The notes under the pieces were generated by a model, which was not told the origin of the DNA, made no database searches, and worked only from the letters and a program-made list of their open reading frames with translations. From contig JABDAT010000003.1 of NCBI GenBank assembly GCA_013288985.1, positions 4,183 to 68,182 of the forward strand: a stretch of DNA of 64,000 nucleotides, in the 5' to 3' direction. This document shows positions 9,433 to 18,841 of this stretch, piece by piece. Both the position numbers and the translations under genes were made by a program. The stretch comes from Alphaproteobacteria bacterium (lineage in GTDB: Bacteria; Pseudomonadota; Alphaproteobacteria; Rickettsiales; JABCZZ01). Numbering within the stretch: the stretch's first letter is position 1; each line of letters starts with the position of its first letter.

Positions 9433-10222
9433 TTCACACTGCCATTTAAACTTCCCTGACTTCAAGGACGATATTGAGGCGGTCATTGCGCGCGCGCATG
9501 CGGCAGGCGTGGAGGTGATGCAGACGATTTGCACAGAGATGGAAGAGTTTGATGAAGTGGCGGCAATCGCTGAGGTGCATGAAGGGATTTACTGTTCGGT
9601 AGGCGTTCATCCCAATGAATCGGGTGAAAAGCAGATGGCAAATTTGGCCGGATTATTAAGCAAGACCAGTCATCCTAAGGTTATCGGTGTAGGAGAAACG
9701 GGACTGGATTATCATTATGAACGCAGCGATCGCGCGGTTCAGCAGGAGAGCTTTCGCATTCATATTGGGGCGGCGCGTGAAAGCGGTTTGCCATTGATTG
9801 TCCATACGCGTGAAGCCGATGATGACACGGTCAACATTCTCACTGAGGAGATGAAAAAAGGCGCATTTAAGGGGCTCATCCATTGCTTTACCTCTAGCAA
9901 ATATCTGGCTGAAAAATCTATAGAGTTGGGATTTTATATTTCACTCTCCGGCATCCTCACCTTTAAAAGCGCGCAGGATATAAGGGATACGGTAAGGGAC
10001 CTGCCGCTTGAGCGATTATTGGTTGAAACCGATGCACCGTATTTGGCGCCCTTGCCGCACCGGGGAAAACGCAATGAACCGTCTTACGTGGCAATCACTA
10101 ACCGCAAGCTTGCGGAAATCAAACAAATATCGGAAGAAGAATGTGCGCGCGCAACCACAGAGAATTTTTTCCGGCTATTCGATAAGGCTAAAAGACCTTA
10201 TAAGGGTGAGGTTCCATGCTGA
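9419..10222 (+). CDS. tatD: TatD-family metal-dependent hydrolase/DNase
   Basis: N-terminal DSHCHL motif and ETDAPYL near the C-terminus. Usual neighbour of metG. Confidence 0.88.
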   Translation: MFLVDSHCHLNFPDFKDDIEAVIARAHAAGVEVMQTICTEMEEFDEVAAIAEVHEGIYCSVGVHPNESGEKQMANLAGLLSKTSHPKVIGVGETGLDYHYERSDRAVQQESFRIHIGAARESGLPLIVHTREADDDTVNILTEEMKKGAFKGLIHCFTSSKYLAEKSIELGFYISLSGILTFKSAQDIRDTVRDLPLERLLVETDAPYLAPLPHRGKRNEPSYVAITNRKLAEIKQISEEECARATTENFFRLFDKAKRPYKGEVPC

Positions 10223-10992
10223 AAGTAACTGTACTGGGGTGCGGGTCTTCCGGCGGCGTGCCTGTGATAGGCTGCAAATGTCCTGTTTGCATATCGCCCA
10301 ACCCCAAAAACAAGCGCACACGCGCATCTATTCTGATTGAGTCTCAGGGAACTACGATACTTGTGGATACTTCCCCTGATATGCGCATGCAGTGCCTTGC
10401 CAATAATATCGGCAAAGTGGATGCGATAATTTATACCCATGCCCATGCCGATCACCTGCATGGTATTGATGATGTGCGTTCGTTCAACTTTGCTAAGAAT
10501 GCGCCCGTCGATACGTATTGCGATGAAGAAACATTAGAGGTGCTGAAAAAGCGTTTTGATTATGTGTTTTTCCCTCCCAAACCTGCAGATACGGGCTGGT
10601 ACCGGCCTTGCCTTAATCCCATACTGGTGAAGCCGTTTACTGCATTCACTATTGGGGCTATTGAAATACTGCCCTTTACGCAACAGCACGGCCAGGGCAA
10701 AACCATTGGTCTGCGTATAAGTAATTTTGCTTATTCCACTGATACTAACGGTCTGCCGGAGGAATCGCTTGCGGCGCTTGCGGGCATAGATGCCTGGATT
10801 GTGGATTGCTTAAGTTATGTTCCCATGCCCACCCACGCGCATCTGGCGATGACGCTGGGCTGGATAGAGCGCATTAAACCCAAGCGCGCTTACCTTACGC
10901 ATCTTAACCATGAGTTTGATTACGAGACATTTGCCCGCGAATTGCCCGCGAATGCATTTCCCGCCTATGACGGGCTGGTGGTGGAAGTTTAA
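10216..10992 (+). CDS. MBL-fold metallo-hydrolase (PhnP-like)
   Basis: Contains the HxHxDH motif (THAHADHLHG). Confidence 0.8.
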   Translation: MLKVTVLGCGSSGGVPVIGCKCPVCISPNPKNKRTRASILIESQGTTILVDTSPDMRMQCLANNIGKVDAIIYTHAHADHLHGIDDVRSFNFAKNAPVDTYCDEETLEVLKKRFDYVFFPPKPADTGWYRPCLNPILVKPFTAFTIGAIEILPFTQQHGQGKTIGLRISNFAYSTDTNGLPEESLAALAGIDAWIVDCLSYVPMPTHAHLAMTLGWIERIKPKRAYLTHLNHEFDYETFARELPANAFPAYDGLVVEV

Positions 10993-10995
10993 CGT

Positions 10996-12105
10996 ATGCA
11001 GAATTTTTCATTCACGCTCAAAAATCAATGCGGGCTTGCGCGCACCGGGCTTATCACTACCGCGCATGGAGACATAAGAACGCCTGCGTTCATGCCGGTG
11101 GGAACGGCAGGGACGGTGAAAGGCATGCTGCCGGAGTCGGTGAAGGCGACAGGGGCGGATATATTACTCGGTAATACCTATCACCTGATGCTTCGCCCTA
11201 CGGCCGAAGTGGTGGCGAAGCTTGGCGGATTGCACAAGTTTATGAACTGGGATGGACCGATTCTGACGGATTCCGGCGGGTTTCAGGTGATGTCGCTTTC
11301 CAAGCTGCGCAAGATTACGGAACAAGGCGTAACGTTTCAGTCGCATCTTGACGGCAATAGTTATGAACTGACGCCGGAGCGCGCGATGGAGATTCAGCAT
11401 CTGCTGGGCAGCGACATCACCATGGTGCTTGACGAATGCACGCCTTACCCGGCAACGGAAGCACAGGCGGCAACGTCCATGCAGCTTTCCATGCGCTGGG
11501 CGGAGCGCTCCAAGGCAGCATTTAAAGAACGCGCTGGGTATGGCTTGTTTGGCATCGTGCAGGGAGGAATGCATCAGCATTTGCGCGAAGAATCAGCAAA
11601 GGCATTGCAGGCGATAGGCTTTGACGGTTACGCGGTTGGCGGGCTGGCGGTGGGCGAGGGCCAGGACATCATGTTTGAAGTGCTGGATTATACTGTGCCC
11701 GCACTGCCTGAAAACAAGCCGCGCTACCTGATGGGTGTTGGCAAACCCAGTGATATTGTGGGTGCGGTGTTGCGCGGTATTGATATGTTCGACTGTGTTA
11801 TTCCCACGCGTTCAGGGCGTTTTGGCCGAGCCTATGTTGCTGAAGGCGAGCTCAATATTAAAAACGCCTGCCATGCAGAGGATGCATCGCCTATTGAAAA
11901 TAACTGTACATGCAGGTGCTGTGCGCATTACAGCCGCGCTTACCTCCATCATTTATTCAAAGCTGAGGAAATGTTGGGGCCGATTTTACTCACTTGGCAT
12001 AATTTACAATATTATCAGTCTCTTATGAGCGGAATACGTGCTGCCATAGATGCGGGGAAACTCCAGGAATTTGCCGCTGATTTTCTGGAAAGACAGAAAG
12101 ACTAA
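10996..12105 (+). CDS. tgt: queuine tRNA-ribosyltransferase (tRNA-guanine transglycosylase)
   Basis: Blocks [27 protein letters not shown] and LMGVGKP, plus a C-terminal Zn motif CxCxxC...H. Confidence 0.92.
   Translation: MQNFSFTLKNQCGLARTGLITTAHGDIRTPAFMPVGTAGTVKGMLPESVKATGADILLGNTYHLMLRPTAEVVAKLGGLHKFMNWDGPILTDSGGFQVMSLSKLRKITEQGVTFQSHLDGNSYELTPERAMEIQHLLGSDITMVLDECTPYPATEAQAATSMQLSMRWAERSKAAFKERAGYGLFGIVQGGMHQHLREESAKALQAIGFDGYAVGGLAVGEGQDIMFEVLDYTVPALPENKPRYLMGVGKPSDIVGAVLRGIDMFDCVIPTRSGRFGRAYVAEGELNIKNACHAEDASPIENNCTCRCCAHYSRAYLHHLFKAEEMLGPILLTWHNLQYYQSLMSGIRAAIDAGKLQEFAADFLERQKD
11842..12105. repeat. direct repeat copy 1 (last 88 codons of tgt)
   Basis: Hand alignment with 13186-13449 gives equal length, no indels and about 21 mismatches by my count. 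Confidence 0.9.
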
Positions 12106-12168
12106 GCCATTAAGAAGAAATTAATAATAATCACATAATATAGACGCTTATCTTAGAGGAGATAAGGT

Positions 12169-13167
12169 ATGAGTGTAAATATACAGCAATATGCCGAACT
12201 AAGACATGCTCTGAGCAGTGAACAGCCGCGCCAATACACGGAAGGCGAGCTTCGCCTTTTGATTGATGGAATATTCGCAGAAGGGGCAGAGATAAGCGCT
12301 TTTTTAGGAGATGATGAACGAAAAAAAACAGTCGAAAATACCCCTTTTTATCAGGATAGATCCTTTTACGATAAATCATTGGCTGCCGCCTCTAGTTTCG
12401 AAGGCAAAACGTCAGCCGGGAAAATGTTTGAGAGTCTGCTGCTGCGGCAGGGAATAGGAAAATATCGCCGCTCTGGTAATGTAAAAGAAGATTTGGCGAA
12501 CCCTTTTAGAGGTACGGCTCGAAATGATAGGGGTGGATATATTAATGTACCTACAAACTTTGCTACAGTACAGGGGCATTTGAAGGTGGCAATCCATCAA
12601 ATGGCAGGCATTATAGAGAGAAAACATAATGAATTACCCCTTACCCCGCGCAGCAGTGAAGCCATCGAATCTGCCTATGCAAATAGGTTATGTTTAGATG
12701 GCCCTATTCGTTCAGCATGTGCAGAGCTTGATGATGGTGTGCTTTACCAAAATATTATCTATCAGGATACGTTAAAGAGAGTTGAGCAACTCGCTAAGGG
12801 GGAGGATGTAACTAAAACTCGGTATGTGGAGGCATCTGCTAACGTTAATTACACGCCCAACCGAGATTTAGAAGCGCTTTCGGCAATGTCAGATGTTATG
12901 AGTGGGCAAGAAGTCTTCAAACAGACAAAAAATATTCGCTACTCTGACCGGCCATCTACACTTACCCCAGATGATTATACTAGGGCTGGTTCAATAAATC
13001 CGGAATACTTGATATATAGAAGTGTGGTTAATACAGAACGCAATAAAACGCGAGTTACTGCAAGTGAGATGGCTAATATTGAACAAAGTATTGAAAAAGG
13101 CAGCGGGAGTGCTGGTAACAGATTAGACAATAGGCGGGGTTCAGGTTCAGACAGGCAACTTCTATAG
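12169..13167 (+). CDS. orphan protein, cargo of the tgt-3' insert
   Basis: Good SD (GAGGAG) 8 nt upstream of the ATG. The ORF is visibly AT-rich relative to tgt and recG, has no recognisable domain, and ends in a Gly/Ser/Arg-rich tail. Confidence 0.55.
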   Translation: MSVNIQQYAELRHALSSEQPRQYTEGELRLLIDGIFAEGAEISAFLGDDERKKTVENTPFYQDRSFYDKSLAAASSFEGKTSAGKMFESLLLRQGIGKYRRSGNVKEDLANPFRGTARNDRGGYINVPTNFATVQGHLKVAIHQMAGIIERKHNELPLTPRSSEAIESAYANRLCLDGPIRSACAELDDGVLYQNIIYQDTLKRVEQLAKGEDVTKTRYVEASANVNYTPNRDLEALSAMSDVMSGQEVFKQTKNIRYSDRPSTLTPDDYTRAGSINPEYLIYRSVVNTERNKTRVTASEMANIEQSIEKGSGSAGNRLDNRRGSGSDRQLL

Positions 13168-13185
13168 TTCTGTCCATAATTTACG

Positions 13186-13449
13186 GAAGGCGAGCTCAAT
13201 ATTAAAAACGCCTGCCATGCAGAGGGTGCATCGCCCGTGGATAAAGACTGCACATGCAAGTGCTGTGCGCATTACAGCCGCGCCTATCTGCATCATTTAT
13301 TCAAAGCTGAGGAAATATTGGGGGCAATTTTACTCACTTGGCATAATTTACATTATTATCAGTCTCTTATGAGCGGAATACGTGCTGCCATAGATGCGGG
13401 GAAACTCCAGGAATTTGCCGCTGATTTTCTGGGTAAACAGAAAAACTGA
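13186..13449 (+). pseudogene. displaced 3' fragment of tgt (direct repeat copy 2)
   Basis: Encodes [37 protein letters not shown]...FLGKQKN, homologous to the tgt C-terminus. The 5' three quarters of the gene are missing. An in-frame TAA lies at 13177-13179. Confidence 0.85.
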
Positions 13450-13534
13450 GTTTTGTTTACCAAATTTTAATAAAGTTCCGCTTTACTGCCAAACCCGCCA
13501 CCCAAGAGCGGTACTACAATTAACAGGAGAGATT

Positions 13535-13675
13535 ATGCAAATTATAAGCGACAAGCTGGATAATATTCCGGTGCGCGAAATCGTTACCTACCGCTACGAC
13601 GATATGATGGTTTATTTAAGTGCGACGGCGTTTTTTGTCATGGGTGTTATATTTATGGTGATTCTGTCGTTGTAA
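13535..13675 (+). CDS. small single-pass membrane protein (46 aa), hypothetical
   Basis: AGGAGA lies 5 nt upstream of the ATG at 13535. C-terminal hydrophobic helix ATAFFVMGVIFMVILSL. No family recognised. Confidence 0.35.
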   Translation: MQIISDKLDNIPVREIVTYRYDDMMVYLSATAFFVMGVIFMVILSL

Positions 13676-13706
13676 TTCCTGCCTTCCCCACGTTACACTG
13701 CCGCCC

Positions 13707-15827
13707 ATGCGGCCAGACAAGCTGTTTAGTTTATTTTCCGATGTTACGCGGCTCAAAGGCGTAGGCCCTGGTGCAAAGAAAGCGCTGGCGCGACTTTTCC
13801 GCGGCGATGAGTCATTGCCTGTCACTGTGCGCGATATGGTGTTTCATTTGCCGGTGAGCGTCGTTGATCGCAGGAACAGCCCTTCGCTCGCCTCTGCCAG
13901 GGAAGGCGATATTGTAACACTGATTATCACAGTGGAAACGCACGAGCCACCAGCGCGCAAACGCGGCGCCAAGCTGCCTTATAAGGTTGTCTGCCATACA
14001 CCTGAGGGGTACCTTACACTGGTGTTTTTCCATGCCCGCCCGGATTATGTTCAGCAGCATCTGCCACTGGGCGCTAAGCGCGTAGTCAGCGGCAAGTTTG
14101 AACGTTACGGTTACGGCGCGCAGATTACCCATCCTGATATTATAGCGCCTGTAGAAGAGTTAAAAAAGATTCAGGCGTTGGAGCCGGTCTATCCTTTAAC
14201 GGGCGGGCTTACCAATCGGCACTTAAGCAAAATCATGGCATCAGCGTTGGCATTGTTGCCGGATTTAGCGGAGTGGATTGATCCGGCGTATCTCGCCCAG
14301 CAGCAATGGAAGAGCTGGAAAGTTTCATTGCTTGCAGCCCACCATCCTCAGGCGCTGGCGGACTTATCTTTTGCAAGCCCTGCGCGCATGCGGCTTGCTT
14401 ATGATGAGATTCTTGCCAACCAGCTGGCGCTGGCATTGGTGCGCGCGCGCGTGCGCAAGCGCGTAGCATCCCCCATTGGCGCTAATGATGGCTTGCGTAA
14501 CCGGGTGCTGGAGATATTGCCTTATGCACTCACGCAAGGGCAGCTAAAAGTTATTCAAGAGATTGATGAAGATATGGCAAGCGGCAATCGTATGCTGCGG
14601 CTGCTCCAGGGTGATGTCGGCAGTGGTAAAACCATCGTGGCGGTCATGGCCATGCTGCACGTCATTGCTGCGGGCAGGCAAGTGGCGCTGATGGTGCCGA
14701 CCGAACTTCTGGGCAAGCAGCATTTTGCCTTTATAGAAAGATTGGCCGCTCCTTTGGGCCTGAAGACTTTGCTGCTTTTGGGAGGTATGAAAGCTAAAGA
14801 ATATAACGATGCCCTGACAGGCATTGCCTCCGGCGACGTATCCATTGTAATCGGCACGCATGCCCTGTTTCAGGGCAAGGTGGTATTTAAGGATCTGGCG
14901 CTTGCCGTCATAGACGAACAGCACCGTTTTGGCGTGGTGCAGCGTCTGGCGCTGACTTCCAAAGCGCAGGATACGCATGTGCTGGTGATGACGGCCACGC
15001 CTATTCCGCGCACCCTCACCATGACGGCGTTTGGCGATATGGATTGCTCGGTGCTGGCGGAAAAACCGGCGGGCAGGCGTGAGATTGCCACTAAAGCGAT
15101 ACCGCTTTCGCGGGTGAATGATGTGCTGGAAGGCATTGCGCGCGCCACTGCCAAGGGCGATAAAGTCTACTGGATATGCCCGCTGGTGGAAGAAAGCGAC
15201 GACGAGAATCTTCCTAGCGATTTGGCGGCGGCGCAAGCGCGCTTCGTGGAATTCACCCATCGTTTCGGGCCGCGCGTGGGAATGGTGCACGGACGGTTGC
15301 CAGCCGAAGAGCGCGATAAAATTATGACCGGTTTTGCCGGGAATGCGTTTGATATCCTTGTGGCTACGACAGTGGTGGAAGTCGGAGTGGATGTGCCTGA
15401 CGCCACCATTATCGTTATTGAACATGCTGAGCGGTTTGGACTTGCTCAGTTACATCAGCTGCGCGGACGGGTAGGGCGCAGCGATAAACCTTCCAGCTGC
15501 ATCCTGCTTTATACGGACCGTTGCAGCGATATTGCCAAATCGCGCCTACGGGTGATACGCGAAACGAATGACGGGTTCCGCATTGCCGAGGAAGATTTAA
15601 AATTGCGCGGTGCGGGGGATATATTAGGCACGCGCCAGAGCGGCCTGCCGGATTTCCATTTTGCTGATTTATCCGAGCATTATGATTTGCTACGCACGGC
15701 GCGCGACGACGCCAAGCTGATCTTGCACAGGGATGCGGCACTTACATCGGTCCGCGGACAAGCATTAAAAACGCTTTTATATTTATTCGGCTATGATGAG
15801 AATGTAAGGTTCCTGGGAGCGGGCTAA
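13707..15827 (+). CDS. recG: ATP-dependent DNA helicase RecG
   Basis: Helicase motifs GDVGSGKT, DEQHRFG, MTATPIPRT and QLHQLRGRVGR, with an N-terminal wedge domain. Confidence 0.93.
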   Translation: MRPDKLFSLFSDVTRLKGVGPGAKKALARLFRGDESLPVTVRDMVFHLPVSVVDRRNSPSLASAREGDIVTLIITVETHEPPARKRGAKLPYKVVCHTPEGYLTLVFFHARPDYVQQHLPLGAKRVVSGKFERYGYGAQITHPDIIAPVEELKKIQALEPVYPLTGGLTNRHLSKIMASALALLPDLAEWIDPAYLAQQQWKSWKVSLLAAHHPQALADLSFASPARMRLAYDEILANQLALALVRARVRKRVASPIGANDGLRNRVLEILPYALTQGQLKVIQEIDEDMASGNRMLRLLQGDVGSGKTIVAVMAMLHVIAAGRQVALMVPTELLGKQHFAFIERLAAPLGLKTLLLLGGMKAKEYNDALTGIASGDVSIVIGTHALFQGKVVFKDLALAVIDEQHRFGVVQRLALTSKAQDTHVLVMTATPIPRTLTMTAFGDMDCSVLAEKPAGRREIATKAIPLSRVNDVLEGIARATAKGDKVYWICPLVEESDDENLPSDLAAAQARFVEFTHRFGPRVGMVHGRLPAEERDKIMTGFAGNAFDILVATTVVEVGVDVPDATIIVIEHAERFGLAQLHQLRGRVGRSDKPSSCILLYTDRCSDIAKSRLRVIRETNDGFRIAEEDLKLRGAGDILGTRQSGLPDFHFADLSEHYDLLRTARDDAKLILHRDAALTSVRGQALKTLLYLFGYDENVRFLGAG

Positions 15828-15865
15828 CCTTGACCCGCTAAGCACATTCCTTTATCTCTGGACGT

Positions 15866-16807
15866 ATGGACACCCCCTTCATAGCCTGGGCCGGATTTTT
15901 TGCTGTTGTCATATTTTTGCTGGTACTGGATTTAGGTCTGCTGCACCGCAACGAGCGCGACATTGGCGTACGCGAGAGCCTGTGGCTTTCTGCCGGATAT
16001 ATTTTTGTATCGGTATGTTTTGGGTTTGCCATGTATCACTTTATCGGCGCCAAAGCGGGCAAGGACTTCTTTACCGGCTATCTGGTGGAAAAAAGCCTGT
16101 CGATGGACAATATTTTTGTCATCTCGCTGGTATTTAATTATTTTGCGATTCCTCAGCGTTATCAGCATCGGGTTTTATTTTGGGGGATATTAGGGGTCGT
16201 ATTGCTGCGCGGGGTAATGATTGGAGTGGGGGCGCTCCTGATTGAGCAATTCCATTCCATCCTTTATGTGTTTGGAGCGTTTTTAATTTTTACCGGCATT
16301 AAAATGTTGTTTTCTGCCGGTAAAAAAGAAGCCGATCTTGAAAATAACAAACTGCTTTCCTGGCTTAAGCGTTCCATACGGGTGACCAATAGTCTGCATG
16401 GCAACAAGTTTTTTATCTATGAAGGTGATTCCACGTTGGCGGGTAGAATGGCGCGTAAAGCCACGCCGCTTTTTCTTGTGCTCATATTCATAGAATTAGC
16501 GGATATTATTTTTGCGGTGGATAGCGTGCCTGCGGTCTTTGCCGTCACCACGGATAGTTTTATAGTCTATAGCAGCAATATTTTTGCAATTTTAGGATTG
16601 CGCGCCCTTTATTTTGCATTGGCGGCGATGCTGCATCGTTTCTCTTATCTTAAATATGCTCTTGCCCTGGTGCTTGTATTTATCGGCGGTAAAATTTTGT
16701 TCGTCCCTTTTATCGGAGTCATTCCCTCTACGATTTCGCTAGCAGTAACCCTGGTTCTATTAATGGGCGGTGTTGTGGTGTCGCTTTATAAAACACGGGC
16801 TCCATAA
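15866..16807 (+). CDS. TerC/Alx-family integral membrane protein
   Basis: Contains LSMDNIFV and ELADIIFAVDSVPAVFAVT, the duplicated TerC signature. Confidence 0.85.
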   Translation: MDTPFIAWAGFFAVVIFLLVLDLGLLHRNERDIGVRESLWLSAGYIFVSVCFGFAMYHFIGAKAGKDFFTGYLVEKSLSMDNIFVISLVFNYFAIPQRYQHRVLFWGILGVVLLRGVMIGVGALLIEQFHSILYVFGAFLIFTGIKMLFSAGKKEADLENNKLLSWLKRSIRVTNSLHGNKFFIYEGDSTLAGRMARKATPLFLVLIFIELADIIFAVDSVPAVFAVTTDSFIVYSSNIFAILGLRALYFALAAMLHRFSYLKYALALVLVFIGGKILFVPFIGVIPSTISLAVTLVLLMGGVVVSLYKTRAP

Positions 16808-16810
16808 AAA

Positions 16811-16838
16811 AACGGCCCCACAAATGTGGAGCCGTTTT
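16811..16838. terminator. bidirectional rho-independent terminator hairpin
   Basis: AACGGCcCCA-loop-TGGaGCCGTT is flanked by an A-run on the left and a T-run on the right. It lies between the convergent TerC gene and the repeat-protein gene. Confidence 0.6.
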
Positions 16839-16857
16839 CATTCCGATAAAATCAGAT

Positions 16858-17379
16858 TTATTGACGATGCTCGTCGCGGCGGATCTGACGGCCTTTTTTA
16901 TTATCCTGGTGGCGGTCCTGGTGGATCTGGCGGTGATCCTGGCGGATATTGCGACGGTCCTGGCGATCCTGACGTTTGTCCTGGCGCATTTGGCGGCCGT
17001 CTCTGCGATCCTGGCTGTGGTCCTGGTGGATTTGTGAGCGATCCTGATTGATCTGGTGTTGTTCTGCGCGGGCACCGGCATAATTACCGCTGGCGCGATC
17101 CTGTCTTTCAATCTGGCGATCCTGGCTGATTTGTGAGCGATCCTGGTTTATCTGCTGATGATTTGCCTGAACCTGCTGGCGATCCTGATTGATCTGCTGA
17201 TGGTTTTGGTCAATCTGCTGGTGATCCTGAGAAATCTGGTGGTGATCCTCGTTTATCTGCTGATGATTATCATGGATCTGCTGCTGATCTTGCTGGATTT
17301 GACCGGCATCTTGTGCAAAGACCGGTGCCGCAAAACACACTGTGGTAAGCAGTGCGACGAGTGATAATGTTCTTTTCAT
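16858..17379 (-). CDS. secreted His/Gln/Asp/Arg-rich heptad-repeat protein
   Basis: I start at the ATG at 17379 (MKRTLSLVALLTTVCFAAPVFA, a signal peptide). The mature part is almost entirely H/R-Q-Q-I-N/S-Q-D heptads, followed by an R/D/Q-rich tail. Confidence 0.7.
   Translation of the reverse strand: MKRTLSLVALLTTVCFAAPVFAQDAGQIQQDQQQIHDNHQQINEDHHQISQDHQQIDQNHQQINQDRQQVQANHQQINQDRSQISQDRQIERQDRASGNYAGARAEQHQINQDRSQIHQDHSQDRRDGRQMRQDKRQDRQDRRNIRQDHRQIHQDRHQDNKKGRQIRRDEHRQ
17111..17301. repeat. about nine tandem 21-bp coding repeats
   Basis: Units resemble ctgctgRtgatcctgattgat read on the + strand. They are the DNA basis of the heptad repeats. Confidence 0.8.
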
Positions 17380-17760
17380 AAAAAACCCCTTGTTAAGTTG
17401 ATGTGCAGGCATCATGACCTTGCAGAAAAATAGTAGCATAAGCGATATTAAGGTAAGCTTCCTGCAATATTAATTTTTTGCAATGAAGAATCCAATTATT
17501 AACATATTGTTATTTATTTATAGTTAAAGCATGGGTTTTCGGATGTTTGCATACCCCTAAAAGGGATCTTTCCTATAATTTATAACAAAATGATGTTTCC
17601 AGCACAAAGAGGGGAGCTTTGCCTTTTCTTTTCATTGTGCTATAATGAATCTGGTAGTTATGCTCATTCTTTTTTCCTTGTCTTTATTCATAGCTTCTAT
17701 CAGAACAGCGCCACGCGCTGCATTTTCAGTTGTTCAAAAATAAAATAAAGGCTTTCGCAT

Positions 17761-18342
17761 ATGAAAATAATGATTTCCGGTAAGCATGTCGACGTTGGTG
17801 AATCCCTGCATGCCCATATAGAACGCCGTCTTGAAGACGGTGTGAATAAGTATTTAGAACGTGTTACCAGCATCAATGTAGTAATAAGCAAAGAAGCGCA
17901 TCGTTTTAAAGTCGATATTAATGGCAATATGGGAACTTCTTCCGGGATAATACTGAAGAGCAGCGCACAGGCGGATGATGTATATGCCTGTTTCGACGCT
18001 GCTGCAGATAAGATTGAAAAGCAACTGCGCCGTTATAAACGCCGCTTGACCAATCATCATAAACAAAGCCACGGCCAGGGGAATACCGTTTTGGTGAGCG
18101 CAAAGAAATATGTGCTCAAATCAGATAATGAAGCTGAAGCGCAGGATGAAGCGCCTGTCGTTATTGCCGAGAAGGCGACGGCGGTAGAAACGCTTACCGT
18201 CAGTGAAGCCGTCATGAAAATGGATCTGGCGGATTTGCCGGCGCTCATGTTCTTTAATTCGGCAAGCGGCCGGATAAATGTAGTGTACCGACGGGTGGAT
18301 GGCAATATTTCCTGGGTCGATCCTGAAGGCAAGGCAGCTTAA
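17761..18342 (+). CDS. hpf: ribosome hibernation promoting factor, long form
   Basis: The N-terminal block MKIMISGKHVDVGESLHAHIE...KQLRRYKRRL matches the S30AE/RaiA family. There is a C-terminal dimerisation extension. Confidence 0.88.
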   Translation: MKIMISGKHVDVGESLHAHIERRLEDGVNKYLERVTSINVVISKEAHRFKVDINGNMGTSSGIILKSSAQADDVYACFDAAADKIEKQLRRYKRRLTNHHKQSHGQGNTVLVSAKKYVLKSDNEAEAQDEAPVVIAEKATAVETLTVSEAVMKMDLADLPALMFFNSASGRINVVYRRVDGNISWVDPEGKAA

Positions 18343-18387
18343 TTTAAGTTTTTAGCTACGCCTTAATCCTAAGCAGAAAGCGAAGTC

Positions 18388-18840
18388 ATGGATATATTAC
18401 GGCTTCATGCGACATGCGTTGTAGTCAAATCACGCGGTGTTTTGCTGCTGGGAGAACCAGGAGCGGGAAAGTCTGATTTAGCGCTGCGTCTGATGGATCG
18501 TGGTGCAAAGCTTATTGCCGATGATCAGGTTGAGCTAACTAAAAAAGGCAGAACAATCATTGCCACTGCGCCCAGACGCATATACGGGCTGCTGGAAGTG
18601 CGCGGTGTGGGAATTTTTAAAGTGAGGTCGCAGAAAAAGGCACGTGTATTGCTGGTGGTGCAGCTGGTGAAGCAGGAATGGATTGAGCGCCTGCCGTATC
18701 CGGAGCCTTATGAATGCATGCATACTCATATTGCCCAGTTGCGCCTGTCTCCTTTTGAGCCGTCTGCTGCAATTAAGGTTGAAAAAGCAGTCGCCGCGTT
18801 GCAGGATGGCTCCATGACGGTTGGGGCACTGAAAGAATAA
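18388..18840 (+). CDS. hprK: HPr kinase/phosphorylase, short alphaproteobacterial form
   Basis: P-loop GVLLLGEPGAGKSDLALRL and a LEVRGVGI block. At 150 aa it lacks the N-terminal domain, as is usual in Alphaproteobacteria. Confidence 0.85.
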   Translation: MDILRLHATCVVVKSRGVLLLGEPGAGKSDLALRLMDRGAKLIADDQVELTKKGRTIIATAPRRIYGLLEVRGVGIFKVRSQKKARVLLVVQLVKQEWIERLPYPEPYECMHTHIAQLRLSPFEPSAAIKVEKAVAALQDGSMTVGALKE

Positions 18841-18841
18841 T

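Noticed and set aside
13237-13449. A 70-aa ORF listed as a potential gene.
   Set aside because: It is the tail of the displaced tgt fragment. It lacks the catalytic domain and any SD, so I called it a pseudogene fragment instead.
15828-15865. A search for a yybP-ykoY (Mn) riboswitch ahead of the TerC-family gene.
   Set aside because: Only 38 nt separate recG from the start codon, which is too short for the riboswitch.
16770-17051. A Gly/Pro/Asp-rich 93-aa + strand ORF (GGGPGGSGGDPGG...).
   Set aside because: It is the complementary-strand reading of the Q/D/R repeat gene. It has no start context, whereas the minus-strand ORF has a signal peptide and a terminator.
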